Numbered from the stretch's first letter, positions 39,056 through 51,522 are shown. The stretch is DNA of 64,000 nucleotides from Selaginella moellendorffii (GCF_000143415.4 NW_003314317.1:875183-939182), one strand, 5' to 3'. The notes: generated by a model from the sequence alone, not told the origin. Numbers and translations are program-made.

Positions 39056-39447
39056 TCATACAAGAAGGATATCACATCCTTCACATGGCTGGTATGACTT
39101 CCAGATCAACAGTCTACCCTCGTGACCTTCTACCTTCACCCTCACCTGCTTTCCAACTAGAGTACCATCCAGATGTGCCAACTTCAAGGTCACCTGGGTC
39201 TCCTCCATTAGAGCAGTGTACACGATCTCAGATTCAAACCCAGATGCAGTTCCACCTGCGATTATTCGATGTTAATCAGTGATTATAACTGAAACACATT
39301 TTTTATCTTACCCCCATGGAAGCCAAACTTTATGTCCCAATTATCCATCACTACATATCTGTCAACAGCATCATCTTCCAGTACAAAAAAAGGTTCATAA
39401 TCGCCATAATGGATGTCGTTCTTCACAGAGGTGAAAAGCTCTTTGAA
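39056..39447 (-). pseudogene. CR protein copy 5, 3' fragment only (end of exon 4 and exon 5)
   Basis: ELFTSVKNDIHYGDYEPFF...WDIKFGFHG plus the last exon; fused at ~39448 to downstream sequence of copy 4. Confidence 0.85.
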
Positions 39448-40177
39448 AGTATGCATCCACAATACACTTAAATTGGACTTATACTTTTTGTGCATTCTTT
39501 TTCAATAACAAGTTCTCCACTTTTGTATCCTGTGTCAATTCCTTGACCCACCAGTTCTAAAGGAACCTTCTTGCTTTTAATGGAAACTTTTATGTATTCC
39601 AATCTTGAATAAATCCATTCACATGTGGAGTTGTGCTACCTATTTTCCCCTTTCCTACTTTGGGGCATATAAGCCACTGACCATTGAGCAGGTTTGTAAT
39701 AAGAAGATTGCTAACTAAATTCGCTGGCTGCTTAACCCGGCCTCCTTGGTTGACTTACCCGTTGGGAATAGTTGACCGGGGTGTCTGTTTGACTCTTGAC
39801 CTAGCATGACGAAGACTCTGCTTCCGCTTCTGACCCTAGTCTGCACTTCTTTCAAGCCGAGCAACTCAAGACCCAAATGCGCCATACTCAGAACCAGGCT
39901 ATGACTACGGCTCCCACTCCCCATACCCCCTCCAGCCACCCTGTTCCCTGCCTTCATCATTGCCTCAACATTTCATCCTTGAAACATTTGGAAATGCCAC
40001 AAGATGTTGATTGAAGAAAGGAAACATTGTTTCTCCAGATGATATAAGAAGTGAATGTGAGGGAAAACAACAACATGTAAAGGGGACTACATATCTATAT
40101 ATAAAATATGGGTACGCTAGAAGATCTCTCACTTATACAAGGAAGACCTCACATCCTTCACATGGCTGATATGACTT

Positions 40178-42954
40178 CTAGATCAACGATCTACCCTCGT
40201 GACCTTCTACCTTCACCCTCACCTGCTTTCCAGCTAAAGTACCATCCAGATGCGCCAACTTCAAGGTCACCTGAGTCTCCTCCATTAGAGCAGTGTACAC
40301 GATCTCAGATTCAAACCCGGATGCAGTTCCATCTGCGATTATTCAACGTTGATCAGTGATTATAACTGAAACACATTTTTTATCTTACCCCCATGGAAGC
40401 CAAGCTTTATGTCCCAATTATCCATTGCTGCATGTCTGTTGTCTTCAACAGCATCATCTTCCAGCCCAAAAAAAGGTTCATAATCGCCATAATGGATGTC
40501 GTTCTTCACAGAGGTGAAAAGCTCTTCAAGAGTCGGATAGCGCCAATTTGAATCCACTGAGAAGCCACTCCGCAATGCAATAGTCTTCACAATCGGCCTC
40601 AGTTGCTCCTCTTGCATGCCGCCACCATTTTGGACATTGGCAATAGCCACAAGTTCCTTGAGTTCCTTAAGCATCACTTCCTTGTGCTGGTTTGCACGAA
40701 TTTTATACTTCTTGCACAATGCCTGGATCTGGTGATACCTCAAATCACCAGCTAAGACCAACTGCTTGTCTTCATCAGACAAGACCTTCTGCTTGTTCGA
40801 ACTTCGAAATTTAATAACCGGGGCACTTCTTCCATCACCCTCAGGTTTCACCAGCACCATATAAGCGTCCTGCATCGGTTAGGAGTTCAGTGCCAAACAT
40901 AATCAAGATATTGCACCTACCTGGTTTAAATCTGACTGCAGTCTGGAGAAGACAGCCCGATCCATGGGCTTCCTCGACTTTGCCAAGGCCACTTGGATCA
41001 TATGGTTCGGCGTTATACTGTCGACGATGGTGAAGTTCTGGTTCCTAGGCACCCAATAGTAACTTGTGTCCTTCCTCCACTCGGGGTCCACCGACACTGC
41101 CAAACCAGAAAAATACTTGATCTGACGAGTTCGCAACACCACATCAGATCCATCTTCCACGGCTTTGAACGTTCCCCCCTGTGCAAGCCGTTCATGAGCA
41201 TAACGTTCAAACAAATTCTCAGCAGCGACTTTCAATGCCGGTTCACCCTCAGCAGCCAAGACAAAGGTCTCAAACCCCTTGAGCTCCGTGTAAGCGGCCA
41301 CCTGAGCAATGCTTTGTGAAACCCACTGGGAGACAGGCCTGATTGACTGAATAGAAAAAAAATTCGCACTTGGCCACATTGCGAACACCTTATATGAATA
41401 TTGTCCCTTGTCACTAGTGCCTGTCAAGTCCTGCACCTGAAGCACCCCTTTCCCAACCATCTGCTGTATATTCTTTAATATCTTCTGATATCCGGTCTCC
41501 AGGGGGCCCAAGAAGTACCACCTGGGTATAGGACCAAATAGTAGATTTCTCACACGAAACTCCATTCGAGGGTCTGAGAACCTTTTCTCCTCCAGATACT
41601 CGTACCGGTAGAAAAGATTTTCTAGTTCCTCAAAGGACCAAGGCGGCATGAAAAACAGGTGGAAGCGGCTCGAGGTTATGTTCTTCCAGGCTTCCACCCA
41701 GTTTTTTGGTTTGGGAGATGCAAAGATATACGTAATTCGCCCATAGTGACCAACAAACCTCTGATCAGTCAGTAGGATCTCCCCTTGCAGCGACCTGTTA
41801 AACCCGTTAAGAATCTGGTATGTCCCGTCTGGATAGAAAGCATAATAATCCACAGTTTTCTTCTTAACGAGCTCCACCTGGACGGTCTTCCCTTCCTTCA
41901 GTAGATTAACGAGCACGTAAACCAGAAAATGGGACTTGCCTATGCCGGGGCTGCCGGAGACGTGTACCACGCTACCGTGATCTTGGGTAACCTGGGTAAC
42001 CTTGCTCATCATCTTTGTGTAAAATGGTTTCCACACCTGCCGAACATAATAGAATTCGTTACGGAAGACCACTGGGCAGAAGTGGAACATGTCACCCGCT
42101 TCTAAAGACGTCGGAAGCTCGTAGTTAGACATGGTTGCGTCTGCGAAGAGAAAAAAAACTGCTCAAAGCCGGAAAATAAGATGTGAAAAAGAAAAAACCA
42201 GCTAAATGCACAGTAACAAAAGAAAAGAGCCATTACACACACAACGATCTCGTCATCATAAGTAAACGCAACACACAAAAGACGCAGGGACGCCAACTAC
42301 AGATCAACCAGATCGACATAGCCAGCCACGGCTCGCAGCAAAAGAAAAACCGATAAGAAAAAATAAGGGGATAGAAACGCCATAGCAAACATGACACAAC
42401 GACATAGCTAGCCACGACACAACATCTCGTCAGCAAAACACAAAAGACGCAGGGACGCCCAACTACAGATCCAAAATGACCAACTACAACCGGGAAGACA
42501 ACACCAGAGTACATGAAAGCAAAGAGAAAGACATACAAAGTACCAGCAAACCTCACAAAATCGTGGCTAATACAAAAAAATCCAGCACTAACACGAGGCC
42601 ACGAACAAATGCCTCAGCACAATTCTGGGGCATACAGTGAGAATGACGAAGAAGGAAATTTGGGGCAAGCGGAAACAGATTGCTTACCAGATCCGCCAGT
42701 TCCGTGGGGTACTGCAAGCGAATCAAATGTCTCAGATCCGCATAGCATGATACGGGAAAAGGCTTACCATTAGATTTAAGTAGGAGGAGCTTCTCCTCCC
42801 GCAGCTGCTGCTTCTCCTCCCGCAGCTGGTGCTTCTTCTTCCACAGATACTGCCTCTCTACCGGATCTTGCTCGCTCGCCAGTTGTTTCTCCACTCCCTC
42901 GATTTTAGCTTCCACAGCCTTGATGGAACGCTCAACCTCCTGCAAAGGTGCCAT
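40178..42954 (-). CDS. CR protein copy 4 (inverted); open except a TGG>TAG that trims the last ~15 codons
   Basis: MAPLQEVERS header, VSGSPGIGKS Walker A, ORFs 40903-42132 and 40360-40875 joined by the conserved introns; ancestral stop at 40133. Confidence 0.75.
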
Positions 42955-43017
42955 GAACTTCTACTGAAAGAACTAGCCCTATTGGAGGGTAACATCTGAC
43001 GGCTGCCGTTGCGCCGG

Positions 43018-43027
43018 GCCACGTGGC
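43018..43027. promoter_or_regulatory. G-box/ABRE in the divergent CR4/PPR intergenic region
   Basis: GCCACGTGGC within the 328-bp head-to-head spacer. Confidence 0.55.
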
Positions 43028-43282
43028 AAGTTTAAGGGTGGTGATTAAATATTTCCAGCCATCCCATCGTTGTTGTGATTTGCCTTGGTGGTAGTAATAA
43101 TCTAGTCATTTGCCACTAGTTTCTATGGTTGTCTAGTGTGTTGGCTGTAGCTAAGAGATGCATAGTGGGAAGGGCAGTCCAAGTAATGCTGTTTTTAATT
43201 TCTCCCCTGTGACAGCAGACGGCCTTGCATGCATCGCTTTCACCCGCCTATAGCAAACTCGACTTCCCGCCTTTGATTTTCC

Positions 43283-44809
43283 ATGAGCGATGCCGCGATC
43301 CAGCGGCCAGAGCGTGTCAACCTCTTCGCGAGCCAGCTGCGGCGATGTGGATCCATCGCCGAGGCAACGCTACTGCACCAGCAGATCGGCAGCAGCGGGT
43401 TTGGAGTGGGTCGCAGCACGTTTCTGGGAAATCTCATCGTCCAGATGTATGGCAGGCTCGGCGATCTCGATCGCGCGCGGGACGCGTTTGATAGCATCCG
43501 CGACAAGAACATCTTCTCCTGGACGCTCCTCTTCACGGCATTCGCCCAGCTGGGGTATCTGGCAGAGGCGCGAGCGATCTTCGATGCAATGCCGGGCAAG
43601 GACGTGGTGGCCTGGACGGCGATGCTCGCCGCCTATTCCCAGCACGGCTTCGTCGACCATGCCAAGGATCTCTTCGACAGAATCCCCGGTCGACGAGACA
43701 CTGCTGCCTGGAATGCGATGATCGCTGCCTATGACCAGAATTGCCTCTTTCGCGAGGCGATATCCACCTATCGATCGATGCTTCAGGAGGGATCGAGACC
43801 AAATCAAACAACGATCGTGAGCGTGCTCGATGCGTGCGCTGGAATTGGCGACCTCGATCAGGGCATCGCTGTTCATGACCTGTGTGTGATCGCGGGCGTG
43901 GACCGAGAATCCACCGTGGGAGCTGCGCTTGTCAATATGTACGGAAAGTGTGGCCAGCTAGTTCCAGCCAGGGCCATCTTGGACAAAATGTACGAAAGGG
44001 ATCTTCTTGCCTTGACAGCAATGCTCACAGCATATGCCCATTCTGGGCATCCGCACGACGCACTAAAGCTCTTTGTTACGATGGATCTGGAAGGCATCCA
44101 GTCCGATCACGTGGCATTCGTTGGCGCCCTCCACGCGTGCACGAGCATATCAGCTGTTGCGACCGGGAAAATCATCCACGAAGGGCTGAGATTCACCGCT
44201 GCCGCTAATTCCCCCAGCGTTGCCAACTCTCTTGTGGCGTTCTACGGCAAATGCGGGTACCTGGAAGATGCCAGGGGCATATTTGATGGGATATCCCGCA
44301 AAAGCTGTCTGACATGGAATACCATGCTTGGGATATATTCCAATAACGGCTTCTTTCAGCTGACTTTGGAGCTTTACCTCGAGATGTCACTGGATGGAGT
44401 TTTACCGGATGAGATAACTTTTGTGATTTTGCTATCGGCGTGTAGCCACGGAGGGATGATTCGTGATGGATGTTACCACTTTGCGTCGATCAAGGAAGAA
44501 TTTTGTCAAATCCCCGTGAAAGAGCACTACATGTGTGTGCTCGATCTCTTGTCTCGCTCGGGGCAGCTCCAAGAGGCGGAAGATTTCTTTCTAGGCAGCG
44601 ACATTGAGGTGGTGAGATCGTCATTTCTGATGGATATGAAGAACACGGCCTCGTGCTGGACAACTTTGCTTAGTGCTTCCAAAGTTCACGGGGATTCCGA
44701 GCGAGGAAAGAGAGCTGGGCACAATGCAGTGCTACTGGATAGATTTGCAAGCCGTGATGCTTCTGGGGTTTATATGCTACTCTCGGATATATATAATGCC
44801 AGAAATTGA
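43283..44809 (+). CDS. PLS-class pentatricopeptide repeat protein with E domain (putative organellar RNA-editing factor), 508 aa, intronless
   Basis: Repeats such as NLIVQMYGRLG, DVVAWTAMLAAYSQHG, NSLVAFYGKCG and PDEITFVILLSACSHGG; E domain HYMCVLDLLSRSGQL...WTTLLSASKVHGD; no DYW. Confidence 0.93.
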   Translation: MSDAAIQRPERVNLFASQLRRCGSIAEATLLHQQIGSSGFGVGRSTFLGNLIVQMYGRLGDLDRARDAFDSIRDKNIFSWTLLFTAFAQLGYLAEARAIFDAMPGKDVVAWTAMLAAYSQHGFVDHAKDLFDRIPGRRDTAAWNAMIAAYDQNCLFREAISTYRSMLQEGSRPNQTTIVSVLDACAGIGDLDQGIAVHDLCVIAGVDRESTVGAALVNMYGKCGQLVPARAILDKMYERDLLALTAMLTAYAHSGHPHDALKLFVTMDLEGIQSDHVAFVGALHACTSISAVATGKIIHEGLRFTAAANSPSVANSLVAFYGKCGYLEDARGIFDGISRKSCLTWNTMLGIYSNNGFFQLTLELYLEMSLDGVLPDEITFVILLSACSHGGMIRDGCYHFASIKEEFCQIPVKEHYMCVLDLLSRSGQLQEAEDFFLGSDIEVVRSSFLMDMKNTASCWTTLLSASKVHGDSERGKRAGHNAVLLDRFASRDASGVYMLLSDIYNARN

Positions 44810-45289
44810 TTGATCAAAGTTTCTCTCAGTTCCCTGATCGCCTTGGAAGCCATCAAGTTTCTCCACCATGGACACGACAAATGCATCCTCCATGGGCGCT
44901 TTCAAAAAAGTGGCTGTTGTCATCCTTGGCCAGGCCAGCAGAATCTAGTTGACATCTCCATAGAAGTATGAAATAATTCACAATATCACATATACAGTCA
45001 CATATGCACCTCCCAAGTGGGTTTATAGAGCATGTATTGTGCAGAAGCAGAATTTCATCCTGTGTTCCTAAAGCAAATGGTCATTACTTTTGCATTTGGT
45101 GTTATCCAATAAACTATAATAAAAGAGTAATATTTAAAAGTATTTAAAAAATCAAATTTTCTAATTATGATAAATTTATATGAAAATATTTACTAAATAA
45201 TAACAAAACTATCAATATAATACCACATTAAATTTTAAATATATTAAATTTTTATAAAAATTAAAAATTACATTTTCTTTTATTTTTGT

Positions 45290-48200
45290 TATGAATGCTT
45301 GGAATATGGAAAGGGAATATAGAAAATGTGCATATTAATTAACCCAAAAACCCTAGCTTATATACATGAGCAAGTGGTTTGGATTGAAACCAATTCGACA
45401 GCTATCAAAATCCCACTATACTAATATTAGTATATGGCATCGTAGCCGTACACTTAGCCCTCACCTCATCCCCTCCTCTCGGAATAATGGAAGATCATTA
45501 AATTTCTCTTGTAGATGGGTTGGGATCTAAAGGAACGTCAGGAGGAGGCATTGGCGGATTTGTAGGGGGTATTAACTCCTCCTGATCCCTTTGGATGATG
45601 CGTTTCAGCCGCTGCACATGCACAATCTCTGAAGAATCGGCCTGCTAAACGTCATGCCGAACCTTATAAACTTGTGGTCCAACTTGTTGCAACACATGAT
45701 ACGGTCATTTCCACTGCGCAAGAAGCCCCTTAGATAAACCACATACCGTAAGATGGGGAAAACAGACTAATACTAAGTCATTTATTTTATATTCCGCAGG
45801 TGGACGATGATGGGAGTTGTAGCGCCGTTGTTGTCCCACTTATATGCAGACTATGTGTTCGATAGACTCTGCTCGGACAAGTGGAAGAATGCTTGTCAAA
45901 TATTGATCCCATGACCTAGCATCGGCAGCTCGTGGCAATCGCGAAGGTAAACCCAACTCTATTGGTAATATTGGATCATGACCATATTGTTTATATGGTG
46001 AAGCACTAATAAAACTCTACACCTTTGTGATATATGCATACCAAAGAGACGGCAAATAACCATCCCAATCCGAATGCTGAAAGTTCACATACTTCACAAT
46101 CATCCCTTTGAATGTTTGAACGAGCCGTTCCACTAGACCGTTTGATTGTGGATGATAAACATTGGTGAAAGTGTGGCATATCCCCAACCGAGCCGTCAAA
46201 ACATAAAATGCCTCAACCATAAATGCAGAACCATTATTTGAAAGAATTCGCTCTGGACAAGAATACTAGAACACCACTCTATTGAGAAGGAAGTATCCAA
46301 CAGCAGTTGCAAAGGCGTTAGCAAGAGCACTAACTTCCACTTAACAAGTCAAGTAGTTAGAAGCAATAAGAACATACTCATTGCTAGCAATCGACCGTGG
46401 AAAAGGTCCCATAAGATCAAATGCCACAAACTCAAATGGACGGGAAACTGCAATTGACTCTAACTGTCCTTCCGTGGCACGAGGGGGAGTATTACGAGCT
46501 TAGCACCAAACGCAACTACGTATATACTAGATAATATCACGTCGCATCTCCGGCTAACAGAAAGACCTGCATAGTTTCTCGGTTATACGACGATGTCCCA
46601 TATGCCCACCTAAAACAAAAGAATCATGGTAGGCATGGAGAAACCGTGGAATAAAGATAGAAGGCACTACCAGCCGTAAATGATCATCAGAATCTGTCCC
46701 CATAAAATAAAGAAGGCCGTCTTCAAGGCGATATTGAGAATGTAAATGCCGAAAAGGCAAGTCATCAGCAAGTGATACAAGATTTTTAAACCTATCTCGA
46801 AGCCTTCGAATTCACGGCTCAATCTATTAAGCCTCGCGAACCTCATCAAAAGAAAGTAGATCTTGCTCTACGCCTTGTGGATACTGAATGTCAAGGACAG
46901 CAACCACCAATGGCACAGAATCCTCGTCTAGAAAATCCACAGATGTTGGAACAATAGGCTTGTCAAAAACATGAGAAGACAGTGGAAAAGGAAGAGGAGC
47001 TTGAGAAAGGGCATCAGCATCAGCCATAAAACTCCCTGGGCGATGAACAACATCAAAGTCATATATCTAAAACTTCAAAGCCCACTGAGCAGTATAACCA
47101 ACTAAGTTCTTCTGCTTCAATAATAAAGTAACAGTAATATGGTCACCTTCAAGTAACGTCCGAGAACCATGTAGATATGCATGAAGTTTCTTGAAACCCC
47201 AGACTGCTGCTAAACACTCTTTCTCCATCGTGGAGTAGTTCATCTCCGTTGGTTGTAATGTACGGCTTATGTTTGGAATGGGATGGCACTGACTAGGCAC
47301 ACTCAAGCTCTCTTGCATCAACACACCTCCAAGACCAAAGTCAGAAGCATCCACGCGCAAAATAAACGTTGAGTGTAGTTAGGATATGCCAAAACCAGAG
47401 GAGTCGTCAATAGCTCTTTGAGATCCATGAATGCCCGCTCACAATCCAGAGACCAGATGAAAGATGATGTTGATGACTTCAACAACACTTGCAATGGTGC
47501 AGTGTGATCGGAAAGATGATCCACAAAAGGACTGAGATACTGCACCTTACCCAAGAAGCACTGCACATCATTCACACACTTCGGAGTAGGGAACTTTAGA
47601 ACAGCCACAAGTTTGTTAGGATCAACTTGCAAACCCTCACGAGAAATACAGTACCCAAGATAAGTTGTGTCCTTGGACCCAAACACGCACTTTGACCGCT
47701 TCAGCTTTAAACCAACATCGTGTAGCTGATCCAATAGTTTACAAACATCACGAATGTGCTCCTCCCACGTCCCCTTCAAGTGGATCAAGACATCATCAAT
47801 GAAGTCAACAGTTACCTCTGGCATATTGCAAAGAACCTCGTCCATCATCCGTTAGAAAGTTGCTGGAGCATTGTTCAAACTAAACAGCATCACCAAGAAC
47901 TCGTACAAACCAAATAGTGTACGAAAAGCAGTTTTAGGAATATCGTTTTCAGCTTTCAGTACTTGCCAATACCCAAAAGCAAGATTTAGCTTGGTGAACC
48001 AACAACTTCGCCCCAGATGATCCAAGAGATCAGCAGTGTGAGGAAGAGAGTACACATCTGGGATCGTCACTTCATTTAACGGATGATAGTCGATGCAGAA
48101 ATGAATACTCCCATCAGGCTTCGTCACAAGATGAGGTTCACATGCCCAAGGACTCTGCAATTTCCAAATAACACCCTTCTCCAACATCTCCTTGACGTTT

Positions 48201-50873
48201 GCATGTAAAATCTTGATCTCCTTGGGTGACCAACGATGAACAGGAACCTTGATTGGACGAGCATCCCCAGTTGGAATCGGATGACGTGTGGCAATCTTAG
48301 CCCTAGACGATAGGTCAAATTCAAAGAGATTAAAATACTCCTTCATAAGCCGGTTAACCACTACAACACAAAGATCGTCGGAGGGATTGGAAAAGGAAAA
48401 AGTAGAACAAGATGGAAACACAAAAGGAAATAGTGGGGGAACAAAAGTAATGGAAGCAGAGGTAGAAGTAAAGGGACGAAGTGGTACGGAAGTGAGAGGA
48501 ATGGATGAAATATAAAGAAGTATGAGACAAGGGGGAGAATCCTTAAAGTCACACTTGGCATGATTGTGCAACAACTAATCCATATTGTAAGCTCCTGAGT
48601 TTGGACTTCCCGGGAGGTCACCCAGCCCAGTACTATTCAAACCCAAGGACGCTTAACCCCAAATATCCCAAGACCCTTAACCGATTGGAAAAGGGGGTGC
48701 ACTCTTGTTCATGGGCCTTTTCCCTCTATATTTGAACCTCTATGGATCGTCTCTCGAGTCATTCCCTTTGGTTGCTTACAATCCACCACGCTTCCCTGCA
48801 AGTTCACGCCCTCATGAACAGAAGCTAAGAGCCGCAGCTCTCCCGAGAGCCTCGCTCTCTTGACACCCTACCCCTCGGGTCGAGCCCAGCGGGAGCAAAC
48901 TGGACCAGCCAGATGTTAATCAACATGTGGTGTGATTTCCTTAGCCAACCAACAGAGTCAAACCCGAGACCGCTCTGATACCAAATGTAAGCTCCTGAGT
49001 TTGGACTTCCCGGGAGGTCACCCAGCCCAGTACTATTCAAACCCAAGGACGCTTAACCCCAAATATCCCAAGACCCTTAACCGATTGGAAAAGGGGGTGC
49101 ACTCTTGTTCATGGGCCCTTTCCCTCTATATTTGAACCCCTATGGATCGTCTCTCGAGTCATTCCCTTTGGTTGCTTACACATACCAAGAATGAGGTTAA
49201 AAGCTTGACTCGGCACCACCTGCAATGACTGCAACTCAAGCTCGAGATCACCCACACACACAACCAGGTCCGCCTCATACCGTGCATATGCATGTGTATG
49301 GTCGTTGCTATAAAGAATGAAACTAGTTCCACCGCACGACGCAAGTGTAGACAACAATGTGTGGCAACAGGTCAAGCAATAGAAGATAAACTCGAACCTA
49401 TATCAACCAACACGAAGAGAATAATAGGAGACATTTTGTTATAAAAACGAGCTTGGAAAGTAAACATTGGATGAACCGGTGCTGAGTGAACCCCTTGATG
49501 ATACTCCCGAAAGAAAAATGGAGGGGTCACTGACTTATTCATGCAAGGTCCCTCTATTACTCGCTCAGCTCCTCATTTCCCAGATGCATCTCGATGTCCA
49601 GACCTTCCACTGCAGCAGCACCAACGGGACGTTGCTGACGCCAAGGTCTCCACCTAGGAAATGGAGGTTGCCAATCCGGAAAATGCCGACAATGCTAATA
49701 AGTATAACCAACTTCATCACATGCCTAGCAGCGAACATCATGGCCACGACCATGTCCTCGCGCTTGTCCTTGGACTCGAACAGCAGCAGCATCAACCTCC
49801 ATTGGAACAAGACCATCACCCATAGGAAGTGGAGCGGAAGGACATGCAACGAGAAGTGGAAGAGGTGATATCTCATAACGTTATGCCAAGTGAAAAGCAT
49901 CGTCAAGGGTGGCAGGAGCAAGTGTATGCACAAGTTCAACAAAATCTTGACGAAGTGCTGGCCACAACATTCCTAGCTTGATCTGCTCCGACATATTTGG
50001 CTCCGCACGAAGCAAAAGACTTTGGAAATGAATGCCAAATTGCATCACCGACTCAGATGGCCTTTGGTGAAGACGATGCAATTGTTGGAAAGCATCATCA
50101 CAATCATCGGCATGTCCAAAGGCGCATTAGAAGACGTCTGGGAGAACACTCCAATCCCTACGAGTGGCTGCGCTTAAACCATTGTATCACTGCAACGTCA
50201 TCCCTTGGAGACACGTGGGAAACTCACACAAACATCAAGCATCATCCCAAGAATGATATGTGGCAATCACTATGAAGTGATTGAATCAATGGTACACATC
50301 ATCCCTAGGATTCCCGCGAAAGAACTCCGGCCGAACGCGAGGATTGGCATCAAGAGTAGGAGTTGTACCACGTGCCATGAACGCTGCCATCAACTGAGTT
50401 TGGTTGTTCAATTGCAAGCACATAGCATCAAGCAATTGTACCAACTGCTGTTCCAAAGTCAAAGGAGGAGATTGTTGATCTGTCATGAAAATAAATGAAA
50501 AAGAAAGAGAAAAAGAAGAGAAATGACAAAAAGCTAGAAGGAAATGGTAGATCTAGACAACACAAAAAGCTAGATCTAGACCAAAACCCTGAAAGGAAAG
50601 AACAAAAGAAAAGAAATGGAAAAAATTAGATCTAAACCAAAATCCCAAATCTAAGCACTTCTTAAGGACAATCAAAGGTGCTTCTCATCTCCACCAATGT
50701 GAGTGCTTAGAATATAGAAAGGGAATATAGAAAATGTGGATATTAATTAGCTCAAAAGCCCTAACTTATATACAGGAGCGAGTGGTCTAGATTGAAACGA
50801 ATCTGACGGCTACCAAAATCCCACTACACTAATATTAGTATACGGCATCGTAGCTGTATACTTGGCCCTCACA
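45290..50873 (-). mobile_element. Full-length degenerate Ty3/gypsy LTR retrotransposon (3' LTR 45290-45465, 5' LTR 50698-50873)
   Basis: PBS TGGTGGAGATG (50686-50696), gag-PR-RT-RH-INT order, PPT, TSD TTGT/CTGT; RT ORFs 47852-48574 and 47318-47848. Confidence 0.95.
48586..49180 (-). mobile_element. Cassandra TRIM (non-autonomous LTR element with a 5S-rRNA-derived segment in each LTR), nested in the gypsy protease region
   Basis: 195-bp LTRs 48586-48780 and 48986-49180 (TGTAAG...CTTACA, 2 mismatches); PBS TGGTATCAGAGC (tRNA-iMet); purine-rich tract GGGAAGCGTGGTGGAT; 5-bp TSD CATAT/CATAC; 5S-like GTTAAGCGTCCTTGGG...AGTACTGGGCTGGGTGACCTCCCGGGAAGTCC at 48603-48657 and 49003-49057. Confidence 0.95.
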
Positions 50874-51522
50874 CTGTAAGTGTTACATATTTAATTTATG
50901 ACATATAAAAAACAGAGAAAAAATCTATTTCTTTCTATGGAGACAATTCCACACAAACATATTTTCTTGAAATTACAGAAAACTTCAAAATTATAACCTT
51001 CCTTTTGAGAATAAAAAGAACACATATATATTTTTTAATTATACATTAAATAATACTTTAAGGATCTTATAATTATGAAAGATACTTCTATATATACAAT
51101 TTATAAAATATTTATTTTATATAAATTTGTTTTGCTATTATAAAATAATATTTTTATAAAAAACTAAACTTTCTTCAAAAGGTATCTAGGATAAATTATA
51201 TTAATTAGCTATCTTATGGCTAACGGTAAATGTTATAAGAATAAAGCTCAATAATGAATCTAATTACTTTTTGAAGAAAAATGATAATTTCGAATTTTAA
51301 TATATTTTTAATTATCAAGTAAATAATAAGTTATGTATATAATTATTTGGTTCTAAATAAGCTTACTTATGTTTTATCCACATATTATGATGGCACAAAT
51401 AGAAAGCATATAAAACAAATATATAAATAACTTCAATCATTTTTTATCTCAATTATTAAAAAGCATCAGAAGATCAACATTTAATTTTTTTTCAAAAAAA
51501 AATATTTTAAAATATTTTAATA

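Noticed and set aside
48603-49057. 5S rRNA genes
   Set aside because: Only ~55 bp of the internal control region, inside LTRs with PBS and TSD; this is Cassandra, not 5S rDNA
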